Below, in pieces: positions 41,401-49,201 of a DNA stretch of 64,000 nt. Numbering within the stretch: the first letter of the stretch is position 1; each line of letters starts with the position of its first letter. Where the stretch lies: the NCBI GenBank assembly GCA_965219455.1, contig OZ244744.1, positions 4,480,001-4,544,000 on the forward strand, in the 5' to 3' direction. Source of the stretch: Candidatus Latescibacterota bacterium (GTDB lineage Bacteria > Latescibacterota > UBA2968 > GCA-2709665). A program made the translations under genes and the position numbers. A model generated the notes under the pieces. It was given only the letters and a program-made list of their open reading frames with translations. It searched no databases and was not told the DNA's origin.

Positions 41401-41614
41401 GAAGGAGACAGGGTTGGAAGTTGTCGACCGCATCCATGTGGGGGTGTTGGGTGAAGGCTGTCTGGAGCGGGCGGTCACCCGCTATCGGGCATACGTCAGC
41501 GGCGAGACGCTTGCCGAGGAGGTGCTGGCGGGTCAACTGCCCGATTCCTGCCGGCTGACGCGGGAATGGCAGGTGAACGGGTTGCGCGGCACAATTGGCA
41601 TTTCACGCGTTTAA
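38444..41614 (+). CDS. ileS: Isoleucine--tRNA ligase, type 2 (eukaryote-like)
   Basis: DGPPFASGLPHYGH, GWDCHGLP, WTTTPWTLPSN, EGLDQTRGWFY, KMSKRLKNY and NWYIRRSRRRFW; lacks the type-1 C-terminal Zn finger. Confidence 0.97.
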   Translation: MAAEQKADTVFEDVSGRMNFPRMEKEILRFWEENRTFAKSVATRPESGSFIFNDGPPFASGLPHYGHLLASIIKDVVPRYWTMRGYRVDRRFGWDCHGLPVENEAERQLGLKSRKDILAFGVSRFNEFCREQVLQYTAEWKQVIQRCGRWVDWDHQYRTMDPDFMESVWWVFKSLWEKDLIYEGYYSLAYCPRCATPLSNFEVNLGGYRDTQDPSITVRFRVRGQANTSILAWTTTPWTLPSNMALAVGEDIPYVRVHMENGEQLILAEPRFDALFGGRNGEVARVETEPMEALLKMRYVPLFGYFADLGNEGAFRVVAADFVSTEDGTGIVHVAPGFGEDDYQLGVEKGIPVVCPIDEDCAFTDAIQDYTGQFVKEVDRHIIRRLRKDGLLFSEGTLVHSYPYCWRCDSPLIYRAIATWFVAIEPIKEKMIASNQRVRWVPEHIKNGRFGRWLEDARDWAISRNRYWGTPLPVWRNEETGETICVGSREELERLSGEKVEDLHKHLIDHIEIPSSTGRGVLRRIPEVLDCWFESGSMPYAQMHYPFENRSFFEANFPADFISEGLDQTRGWFYTLTVLAAALFEEPAFRNCIVSGMLLAEDGRKMSKRLKNYPEPTEMLDAYGADALRLYLLNSPALKAEELRISERGIQESLRSVIIPLWNAYGGIFVTYANIDGWTPAGAGGVARTHELDRWILSELQTLLHDMNAEMSAYRLYRTVPVMVSFVEKLTNWYIRRSRRRFWKSEDDEDKAAVYETLYEVLVVLVKAMAPVLPFVTEHIYQNLVRRVDAEAPESVHLCEMPLADESLRDTELEGQMHLTMRAVALGRSLRNRHDLKVRQPLRRVYLLPPDTAGRDALTSMQGLIAEELNIKEVVLVEDETELSEISYRPNFRALGPRFGKRMKEVAERIADLAPEEVERLRSGEKLSVAGGEIALEDLEIQRRKKDDVVVAVENNLCVGLDVHLDEELIDECTAREFVNRVQNMRKETGLEVVDRIHVGVLGEGCLERAVTRYRAYVSGETLAEEVLAGQLPDSCRLTREWQVNGLRGTIGISRV

Positions 41615-41711
41615 ATTTCATATAGCCGTATTTGGTCTGGGCATCGCGGACAGGCGATGGTGGCGCCATCCGGCTGGTACGCACAGTTTGAATTGACAGG
41701 CGGAGAGGACG

Positions 41712-42095
41712 ATGAACGAGAAAGATCTGAAATACTTCCGGGAGATCCTGGTAAAAAAGCAGTTGTCCATCGTTCAGGATCTGGGGATGTTGGAGCAACG
41801 ATCCATGAATGCGACATCCGAAGAGGCTTCCGGCGGGCAAATTTACTCGGATCACATGCCGGAACTGGGTAGCGACTCCATCGAGCGGGAGAAGGCGTTC
41901 CTGTTCGCTTCTCGAGACGGCGCCTATCTGACGCAGGTGGAGCACGCGCTGGAACGCATAAAGAACGGGACGTTTGGAGAATGCAGGGTCTGCACGAAAG
42001 AGATCCCGAAAGCGCGCCTGGAGGCCGTGCCCACAACCCGGCTGTGCGTTCCCTGCAAAGAGGGGGAACATCGGCAGAGTTTTCGTTCCTCATAA
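41712..42095 (+). CDS. TraR/DksA C4-type zinc finger protein
   Basis: ALERIKNGTFGECRVC...IPKARLEAVP....CVPC. Confidence 0.93.
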   Translation: MNEKDLKYFREILVKKQLSIVQDLGMLEQRSMNATSEEASGGQIYSDHMPELGSDSIEREKAFLFASRDGAYLTQVEHALERIKNGTFGECRVCTKEIPKARLEAVPTTRLCVPCKEGEHRQSFRSS

Positions 42096-42153
42096 TCGCT
42101 CACGACCCGTTTGCGGGAACAGACGGGTTCGTTCCATCGCCAAGGGAGGCGTT

Positions 42154-42618
42154 GTGCGCAGCCTCTGGATTTCGGGTGTTGTCCTTTTTCTGGACCAGGT
42201 GTCAAAGCGGATCGTGATGGAATCGATGTTCCTTGGTGAGTCGATTCCCGTGATGGGCTCTTTCTTCAGGCTGACCTATATTCAGAACCCCGGCGCCGTG
42301 TTCGGAATGAGGTTGGGCGGGAACGTCGTGCATCTGATTTTCGCCGGGGTGGCATTGATCATTGTGGCGGTGATGTGGATCCGTCTGCCGCCTAATCAGC
42401 GGGTGGCTTCGGCCGGCCTGGCGCTTGTGCTGGGGGGAGCCGTCGGCAACGTCGTAGACCGGATCCGTTTCGGTGCGGTGGTTGATTTTCTGGACTTCGG
42501 AATCGGATCCCTTCGCTGGTGGGTGTTCAACGTGGCCGACGCCTCCGTTACGGTGGGGGCCGGCCTGTTGATACTGGGCTGCGGACTTCTGAAGGGCGGA
42601 AAGGATGAAGCAGTTTGA
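42154..42618 (+). CDS. lspA: Lipoprotein signal peptidase II
   Basis: DQVSK, NPGAVFG, GGAVGNVVDR, VVDFL and FNVAD. Confidence 0.95.
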   Translation: MRSLWISGVVLFLDQVSKRIVMESMFLGESIPVMGSFFRLTYIQNPGAVFGMRLGGNVVHLIFAGVALIIVAVMWIRLPPNQRVASAGLALVLGGAVGNVVDRIRFGAVVDFLDFGIGSLRWWVFNVADASVTVGAGLLILGCGLLKGGKDEAV

Positions 42619-43573
42619 GGTTGCCGTCCTTTCGGAACACGCGGGCAGCCGACTGGACCGGATGCTGGCAGACGTCTGCGAACCGCTCTCCCGGTCTCGA
42701 ATTCAGGCGTTGATCGCATCGGGGGAAGTGCTTGTAACGGGAAAACGGGTTCGATCAAGTTACAAGGTTTCGGCCGGCGAACGGATCGTGGTTTTTCTGC
42801 CCGCACCCGAGCCCGCCGGACTTGATCCGGAGGAAATTCCTCTGGAGATTTTTTTTGAAGACGCGCATCTGCTTGTCGTGAACAAACCGCCAGGCATGCT
42901 TGTGCACCCAACCGGCAGGATGCGATCCGGTACGCTGGTGAATGGTCTCCTTGCCCGTTGCGACGGTCTCTCCGGTATCAACGGCGTTCTGCGTCCCGGC
43001 ATTGTACACCGGCTGGACAGGGAAACCTCGGGTCTGCTCATGGTTGCCAAGGACGACGTGGCTCACCGGGGGCTTGCGGCGCAACTGGAGGCGCGAACGG
43101 TAATCCGGCGATATATCGCCATGGTATGGGGGCAACCGGAATCGGAGCACGGCCGCATCGAGGCCGCCATCGGCAGATGTCGAAAAGACCGCAGGCGCAT
43201 GACCGTGGTGGACACCGGTGGGCGCACCGCCGCCACCAGGTACGAGGTGAAAGCATTCCATGGGTTCGCATCAACGCTGGATTTGAGGTTGGAGACGGGT
43301 CGAACGCATCAGATTCGTGTCCATCTCGCCCATATCGGACATCCGGTCTTTGGAGATGCCACGTACGGTGGCGGCGCGAGACGAATTCGAGGCATTTCAC
43401 CGCTACTGCGGAACGCTGCCAGGACGGTCCTGAATCTGGCGAACCGGCAGATGTTACACGCCGGGACCCTCGGTTTCACCCATCCCGTTACGGGCGAAGC
43501 GCTGGTATTCCACGCGGACGTACCGCAGGACATGCACAGTGTCTGTGAGGCGCTGTCAGCCGGCGAGTACTGA
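42605..43573 (+). CDS. rluD: RluA/RluD-family pseudouridine synthase with S4 domain
   Basis: RLD..LSRSR, VVNKPPGMLVHP, RPGIVHRLDRETSG, LETGRTHQIRVH and QMLHA. Confidence 0.92.
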   Translation: MKQFEVAVLSEHAGSRLDRMLADVCEPLSRSRIQALIASGEVLVTGKRVRSSYKVSAGERIVVFLPAPEPAGLDPEEIPLEIFFEDAHLLVVNKPPGMLVHPTGRMRSGTLVNGLLARCDGLSGINGVLRPGIVHRLDRETSGLLMVAKDDVAHRGLAAQLEARTVIRRYIAMVWGQPESEHGRIEAAIGRCRKDRRRMTVVDTGGRTAATRYEVKAFHGFASTLDLRLETGRTHQIRVHLAHIGHPVFGDATYGGGARRIRGISPLLRNAARTVLNLANRQMLHAGTLGFTHPVTGEALVFHADVPQDMHSVCEALSAGEY

Positions 43574-43742
43574 CTGGATACGGCTCGCGGAGTGAGAGCG
43601 CGACCGTCCCGACGATATGACTTGATCGGCGGATTCCTCGCGCGATACCGAATGCCGCCGCCGGCGAAACCCGTTAACGGATGCGCGACAACACAAACCG
43701 ACAGCTTAACGCGCAATCTGGCGGCTTCGGCATGCCACAAAA

Positions 43743-43776
43743 AAAGAGCGTCAACCGGATCCGGTTGACGCTCTTT
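43743..43776 (-). terminator. Rho-independent terminator, probably bidirectional
   Basis: Perfect palindrome AAAGAGCGTCAACCGGATCCGGTTGACGCTCTTT with an adjacent A tract, between convergent genes. Confidence 0.8.
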
Positions 43777-43802
43777 CCACTTGACGTGTGGTCGAAAACG
43801 AT

Positions 43803-44537
43803 CTAGAACGTCCCCACGGGAATACCATATGCCTCTTCAACCCGCTGGGTGTCCACCATTTCGATGGCTTCCCACGGGCAGATATGCACACATTGGATGC
43901 ATCCGATGCAGTCTTCGAGCCGAACTTCACAAAACGTACCGATACCGTCCAACCCCGCGTCAGCCACGTCCACTTCTTCGATACAGTCTGTTGGACAGAC
44001 TTCGATGCAGGCGTTGCAACCGGTGCAATAGTCGGGGTTGACAATGGCAATAGACCGGGGCCGCTTCTTCTTGGCAGCCATGCCGGAGCGGGTTTCCAGC
44101 CAGAGGTGTTCGTGAAAATCGACGCGTTCTTTCTTCGAGACCCGCTCAGGACGGTAGATCTCTGACTTCGGCGCGAACTCCAGCGCGCCTTCGGCGTGGG
44201 CGTGGCTGAGGCGGTATCGGTCCGCGGTAACGAGTTGGTCGGGATCGTCGTCGTAGACGAAACTGACCAGCTCATAACGGATGCCCACGGTCCGGCCGGC
44301 CCGTCCGTTCAGTTTGAAATGGATGCCCGGCCTGAATTCGAGGATGGTAAGGCCAGTGGGCTCCTTTTCGGTCTCCACGGAAGCCGGTGCGGTTTCCAGT
44401 GCCGGGGCGGCTGCCTCGGGTGCGGATTCTGCGGCGTCGCCAGCGCCCTGTTTGGCTTTCCGCATGGCCTCGGCTTTGGCCTTCGCCCGCGCGACCCGGT
44501 CGGTGATGCCGTCAAACTGAGTAAGGTCGACGTTCAC
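43803..44537 (-). CDS. 2x[4Fe-4S] ferredoxin-domain protein with N-terminal extension
   Basis: CTGCNACIEVCP and CIGCIQCVHICP; GTG start after AGGAG. The ORF-track extension to 45056 runs through a MITE and is spurious. Confidence 0.88.
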   Translation of the reverse strand: MNVDLTQFDGITDRVARAKAKAEAMRKAKQGAGDAAESAPEAAAPALETAPASVETEKEPTGLTILEFRPGIHFKLNGRAGRTVGIRYELVSFVYDDDPDQLVTADRYRLSHAHAEGALEFAPKSEIYRPERVSKKERVDFHEHLWLETRSGMAAKKKRPRSIAIVNPDYCTGCNACIEVCPTDCIEEVDVADAGLDGIGTFCEVRLEDCIGCIQCVHICPWEAIEMVDTQRVEEAYGIPVGTF

Positions 44538-44595
44538 GGGAACGATATCTCCTGTTGAACGTAATCTGTGTCGGGGAATAGTGCCGTCCGAGCAT

Positions 44596-44699
44596 AAAAT
44601 AGGGTCTTTCTCAGGGTTTGTCAAGGATGAAGGGGCTGGGCCGGACAAACCTGGTCGCGGACCAATATCTTGACAGCGTATGCCGACTCTGTTTATATT
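44596..44699. promoter_or_regulatory. Divergent sigma-70 promoter pair
   Basis: Minus strand TTGACA-17-TATTTT (44624-44596); plus strand TTGACA-18-TATATT (44670-44699). Confidence 0.6.
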
Positions 44700-44728
44700 G
44701 GTCCGCGTGTTTTCGTCCGTCGACTCTA

Positions 44729-44890
44729 ACAGTCCGTTGAAAAAGTCGCTCTGCAGGCGAGGCCGAGCCATTGTGATCGAAGACAAGGCGCGCGACCGAG
44801 CCGAATCGGGGGATTCGGGGAGGGAGCGCAACGCAGTATTTCGGCCACAAGGGCCGGCCGCAGCCCGGATGGGCTTTTTCAACGGACTGC
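44729..44890. mobile_element. MITE-like element, family A, copy 2 (162 bp)
   Basis: Terminal inverted repeats CAGTCCGTTGAAAAAG / CTTTTTCAACGGACTG, near TAA on both sides; highly similar to 15195-15356. Confidence 0.8.
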
Positions 44891-44931
44891 TAAGGGTAAC
44901 GTTTGCCGTTGTTCGAAATAGAGGATGCCGA

Positions 44932-45840
44932 ATGGACCATCCGACTCCCGAAGAGGAACTCAGAAAAATCGCCGAAGATGCCACCGCGCCGGTTTTGGAG
45001 GCGGAAGTCTCCCGGGCGAGGCTGGTCTCCCAATTCGTCATTTTCCCGGTGGCCATTCTCCTCGTGGCGCTTGCAATTTACCTGGGGTTGGGGCTATTGA
45101 CGGCCGAGCGAAAAATGGCGGAGGATTATCTCAATACGATTCGCGTGGGCGGCATCAACAGCCGGTGGCAGGCGGCGTACGAACTGGCCGCAGTGCTCGA
45201 CCAGGAGCAGCGCGAGGGACGGATTGGCCGCAAGTTCGTCGGAGAGTTGATACGGGTGTTCGAGGCTTCCCGTTCGGACGATCCGCGTGTAAGGCGGTTT
45301 CTGGCCGCGGCAATGGGAAGGGTGCGCGATCCCGCGCTGGTCAGCGTTTTGATTTCCGCGTTGGATGATCCCGACGACGAGACCCGGATCAACGCGATGT
45401 TCTCGCTCAGGGCTCATGGAGACCCCGGCGCCGTTCCACATCTCGTCAGGATCGCGTCCAACGACGATGCCGGCCTGCGTAAGGCCGCGGTATACGCCCT
45501 GGGTAGTCTCAACGACCCGCGTGTGCAGCCCGCACTCGAACAGGCGCTGCACGACCGGGCGCCCGACGTTCGCTGGAACGCCGCCCTGCAATTGGCGGCA
45601 GTCGGCAATAACGCGGGCCTGGAGGTTCTGGGCGAGATGCTGAGTCCGGGGTACCTGGAAGGGTTCGATCGGATAAGCGGAGAGGGGCGGCGCGATATAC
45701 TGGTCGGGGCGATCAGGGCCGTAGGCATTCTCGACGCCAGGTCCCTGACCTCCACGCTGCAGGAACTGCGCGGACAGGATCCGGATATGCGGGTCCGGCA
45801 GGCGGCCATTGAAGTTCTGAATGAATGGGGGGAGAAATGA
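44932..45840 (+). CDS. Membrane-anchored HEAT/PBS-lyase repeat protein
   Basis: TM segment (FVIFPVAILLVALAIYLGLGLL), RWQAAYELA and repeated D..VR..AA.ALG units. Confidence 0.85.
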   Translation: MDHPTPEEELRKIAEDATAPVLEAEVSRARLVSQFVIFPVAILLVALAIYLGLGLLTAERKMAEDYLNTIRVGGINSRWQAAYELAAVLDQEQREGRIGRKFVGELIRVFEASRSDDPRVRRFLAAAMGRVRDPALVSVLISALDDPDDETRINAMFSLRAHGDPGAVPHLVRIASNDDAGLRKAAVYALGSLNDPRVQPALEQALHDRAPDVRWNAALQLAAVGNNAGLEVLGEMLSPGYLEGFDRISGEGRRDILVGAIRAVGILDARSLTSTLQELRGQDPDMRVRQAAIEVLNEWGEK

Positions 45841-45946
45841 GCGACTTGAATCCACGGAACTGCAGGGTCGAATCCGGCCCGTTCAGGTGTGCGCCGGGTC
45901 CCTCGTTCGTTCTGTGTGGAAGCCGCGAATCTACAGAAAATCCCGC

Positions 45947-45975
45947 TTGACAATCCGGGGTGGTTTCGATATATT
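45947..45975 (+). promoter_or_regulatory. sigma-70 promoter of the bc/oxidase operon
   Basis: TTGACA-17 nt-TATATT, followed by an AT-rich tract (46015-46045). Confidence 0.65.
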
Positions 45976-46098
45976 GGCCCGGTATCTTTAGCGCTGTAAG
46001 TGATTCAATTTCCGGTATTTTTATAACTTATATCATATATTATTTCGTCCTGACGGTTTTCGGCTTGAAAGCCGCTTGAGCGGTTTCTGGGGTGTTCC

Positions 46099-47049
46099 AT
46101 GTCGGAAGGCAATATCGATCTTTCGGAATTTGACGAGATTCCGGATCGGGTGGCCAGGGCGAAGGCCAAAGCGGAGGCGCTACGCAGGGCCAGAAAGGCC
46201 GCCGCGGGCGAAGCGTCCGCGGCAACGCCGGCCGCGGGGGCTTCCGCGAAGGTCCCGGAGAAACCGGGGGGGGATTCCGCCGCCACCGAAGTGGATCTTT
46301 CGTCGCTGAACGAGATCCAGGATCGCGTTGCCCGTGCAAAGGCCAAGGCCGAGTTGATGCGCAAGGCGCGTGGGGGTGGCGCAGCGGCGCCGGCCGGTGC
46401 GCCGGCGAAGAAGGCCGCTTCCACGGCAGCCCGGGCGGCTGCCGCTCGGGCGTTAACGCAAAAAAAGGACGTGCCGGAAGCGGAGCGCGTCATCGTCCAG
46501 ACCTCTCCGGCCCCGCCCGCAATCCGCCCTGGGCCCGAAAGAACGCAGGCGGTGGTGGAAGGCGGCATGACCACCCGGCGGGGGTTTTTTACCTGGCTGA
46601 CCCTGGCCTGGGCGTCGTTTGCGGTCGCGTCCGCGGCGGGGCTCCTCGGGTTTACGCGCTTTCTGTTTCCGAATGTCCTGTTTGAGCCGCCCCAGACTTT
46701 CAAAATCGGGTTTCCGGAAGATTACGACTTTGGTGTGGACGAACGCTGGAAGGACAAGTTCAGCGTCTGGGTGATCAAGACCACGCAGGATATGTTCGCG
46801 CTCATTTCGGTATGCACCCACCTGGGTTGTACGCCCAACTGGCTGGGCAACGAACAGAAATTCAAATGTCCCTGTCACGGCAGCGGTTTTTATATGACCG
46901 GCATCAACTTCGAGGGCCCGGCGCCGCGCCCGCTGGAAAGGGCGCGCATTGTGCTGGCCGAGGATGGCCAGGTGCTGGTCGACAAGACCCGAAAATTCCT
47001 GTACGAGAAGGGTCACTGGGACAACCCGGAATCCTTTTTGCGGATCTAA
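46099..47049 (+). CDS. Rieske [2Fe-2S] subunit of cytochrome bc complex with long N-terminal extension
   Basis: Twin-arginine motif TRRGFF plus TM helix; CTHLGC, CPCHGS and GPAPRPL. Confidence 0.95.
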   Translation: MSEGNIDLSEFDEIPDRVARAKAKAEALRRARKAAAGEASAATPAAGASAKVPEKPGGDSAATEVDLSSLNEIQDRVARAKAKAELMRKARGGGAAAPAGAPAKKAASTAARAAAARALTQKKDVPEAERVIVQTSPAPPAIRPGPERTQAVVEGGMTTRRGFFTWLTLAWASFAVASAAGLLGFTRFLFPNVLFEPPQTFKIGFPEDYDFGVDERWKDKFSVWVIKTTQDMFALISVCTHLGCTPNWLGNEQKFKCPCHGSGFYMTGINFEGPAPRPLERARIVLAEDGQVLVDKTRKFLYEKGHWDNPESFLRI

Positions 47050-47123
47050 GTATCCGTCTTAAAATCCCCAGCGGTCTTCGCACCTGCCTGCTGCCGCAGG
47101 CAATGCAGGCTGCAGTATCGCCG
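47049..47123. repeat. Partial MITE family B end with a palindromic CCTGC...GCAGG insert
   Basis: GTCTTAAAATCCCCAGCGGTCTTCGC (47056-47081) is the reverse complement of 56761-56786 with one mismatch. Confidence 0.6.
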
Positions 47124-47179
47124 TATACGCGATTTTTCTTGTCAGTTTCAGCATTGCGAACCCATCGGGAGAACACGGT

Positions 47180-47965
47180 ATGCCGAAGATTTCCGGCCTC
47201 CTGGACCGGACCAAACGCTCTCAAATCTGGAAGTCCATCTTCAGGCACGACGTGCCGAGAGACGAACGCGGCCGCGCACAGGTGGTGCTGACCAATGTAT
47301 TTCTGCATCTGCATCCGGTGCGGACCCCCAAATCGGGTATCCGGGTGCGCTACACGTGGTGTATGGGTGGGCTCACCTTTTTTATTTTTCTGATTGAGAC
47401 CATCACCGGCATTCTGCTCATGTTTTACTACCGGCCCACACTCGAATACGCCTACACCGACATCATCGACCTGGGCGAGCAGGTTCCGCTGGGTATCATG
47501 CGGGAGATTCACCGGTGGGGCGCCCACGCGATGATTATTACGGTCTGGCTGCACATGTTGCGCGTATTTATGACCGGTGCTTATAAACCGCCCCGCGAGT
47601 TCAACTGGGCGATCGGTGTCATTCTGCTTCTTTTAACGCTGTTGCTGAGCTTTACCGGGTATCTGTTGCCATGGGATCAGCTTGCCATCTGGGCCATCAC
47701 GGTGGGGTCGAATATGGCGCGGGCAACGCCTTTCCTCGGGCACGAGGGGCCGGGAGCGGCGTTCCTGATGCTTGGCGATATCAACCTGGTCCATGCCGGC
47801 AACGACGCCCGATTTGCGCTGTTGGGGGGCCGTTTTGTCGGGGAGGGCGCGCTGCTGAGATTCTATGTCCTGCATTGTCTGTTCATCCCGTTTGTGGCGG
47901 CTATATTAATGGCCGTTCACTTCTGGCGGGTCCGAAAGGACGGCGGGATCTCCGGACCGATGTAG
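47180..47965 (+). CDS. Cytochrome b6-like N-terminal subunit of a split cytochrome b
   Basis: WCMGG (heme ci Cys), [35 protein letters not shown] and [14 protein letters not shown]. Confidence 0.95.
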   Translation: MPKISGLLDRTKRSQIWKSIFRHDVPRDERGRAQVVLTNVFLHLHPVRTPKSGIRVRYTWCMGGLTFFIFLIETITGILLMFYYRPTLEYAYTDIIDLGEQVPLGIMREIHRWGAHAMIITVWLHMLRVFMTGAYKPPREFNWAIGVILLLLTLLLSFTGYLLPWDQLAIWAITVGSNMARATPFLGHEGPGAAFLMLGDINLVHAGNDARFALLGGRFVGEGALLRFYVLHCLFIPFVAAILMAVHFWRVRKDGGISGPM

Positions 47966-48010
47966 AAGCGACCTCCGCTTGTCCGATCTGCGGAATCATC
48001 GAGGAAGACG

Positions 48011-49087
48011 ATGGATGTTCTGAAAGGCTTTATCAACTGGCTGCTCACGCCTGAATATTTCATGCCGTTGTTTGCCATTCTCTTTTTCCTGGCTTTGCGG
48101 ACCCGCTGGGTCTGGACGGTCCGGTTCGGCCTCCCCGCCCTGATCGCCTCGATCGTATTCTTCGTTGTAAGTTTTCAGGATGAGAATTTTCGCATTATTG
48201 TGACCAAGGGCGACAATATCCCAATTGTCATGTTGTTGTTCCTGGTCGGTTTTTTTGTCTGGTACAGCCTGAAACAGGGGTACGACAACGACGAGCGTAT
48301 CGAACGCGGAGAAGGGCCGGTTGAGAAAGCCGAATTCAAAGAGAAGGTCCTCACCTGGCCCCATCTGGTCTACACGGAGTTGATCTGCCTGACCCTGGCC
48401 ACGGTCTTTCTGATTCTCTGGTCCGTGCTGATAAAAGCCCCCATCGAAGAGCCTGCCAACCCCGCAACAACTCCCAATCCGTCCAAGGCGCCCTGGTATT
48501 TCCTGGGCCTTCAGGAAATGCTGGTGTATTACGATCCATGGATCGCCGGTGTCGTTCTGCCCACTCTCGTCATTGTGGGTCTTATGGCTATTCCGTATAT
48601 CGATCGGAATTCCAAGGGACTCGGTTACTACACGTTCAAGGAACGCCGGTTCGCCATTACGGTGTTTCTATTCGGTTTTGTGGTGTTGTGGGTGATGCTG
48701 ATCACGATCGGTACGTTTCTGCGCGGCCCGAACTGGAACTTTTTCGGGCCGTACGAATTCTGGGACGTGCACAAACTGGTAGCACTGGTCAACGTCAATC
48801 TGTCGGAATATATCTACGTCCAATGGCTGGGCACGGGTTTGCCATCCTTCTGGTTGACGCGCGAAATATGGGGTTTCCTCCTTGTTATCCTGTATTTTCT
48901 GGTGCCCCCGCCTGTACTTGCGCAAACGGTGTTCAAGGAGTTCTACAAGACGATGGGATTCGTCCGCTATAGCGTGATGATCCTCTTCTTCCTCTGCATG
49001 GTCGCCCTCCCCATCAAGATGTTGCTTCGCTGGCTGTTCAACCTGAAATACATCGTTGCCATTCCGGAATATTTTTTCAATATCTGA
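48011..49087 (+). CDS. Cytochrome b subunit IV-like (C-terminal) protein with extra TM helices
   Basis: WPHLVYTE, EEPANPATTPNPSKAPWYFLGLQE (PEWY-equivalent), PYID and FLRGPNWNF. Confidence 0.9.
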   Translation: MDVLKGFINWLLTPEYFMPLFAILFFLALRTRWVWTVRFGLPALIASIVFFVVSFQDENFRIIVTKGDNIPIVMLLFLVGFFVWYSLKQGYDNDERIERGEGPVEKAEFKEKVLTWPHLVYTELICLTLATVFLILWSVLIKAPIEEPANPATTPNPSKAPWYFLGLQEMLVYYDPWIAGVVLPTLVIVGLMAIPYIDRNSKGLGYYTFKERRFAITVFLFGFVVLWVMLITIGTFLRGPNWNFFGPYEFWDVHKLVALVNVNLSEYIYVQWLGTGLPSFWLTREIWGFLLVILYFLVPPPVLAQTVFKEFYKTMGFVRYSVMILFFLCMVALPIKMLLRWLFNLKYIVAIPEYFFNI

Positions 49088-49201
49088 GGGTTCTTTCTTG
49101 TTTTTCGGCGCCGCTGCAACATGCTTTGGAATTTCTGAAGGAGTTGAAGGACGCGGCAAGTACGGTGCTTTGGGTGGATGCCGCCCCTCTGGAGCCGTTC
49201 G

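Noticed and set aside
38444-43573. Type 2 IleRS as an acquired mupirocin-resistance gene
   Set aside because: It lies in an ordinary ileS-dksA-lspA-rluD housekeeping context with no mobility signals.
44538-45056. Long N-terminal extensions of the ORF-track calls 43803..45056 (-) and 44680..45840 (+)
   Set aside because: They run through promoters and a MITE. Starts at 44537 and 44932 fit the RBS and promoter layout better.
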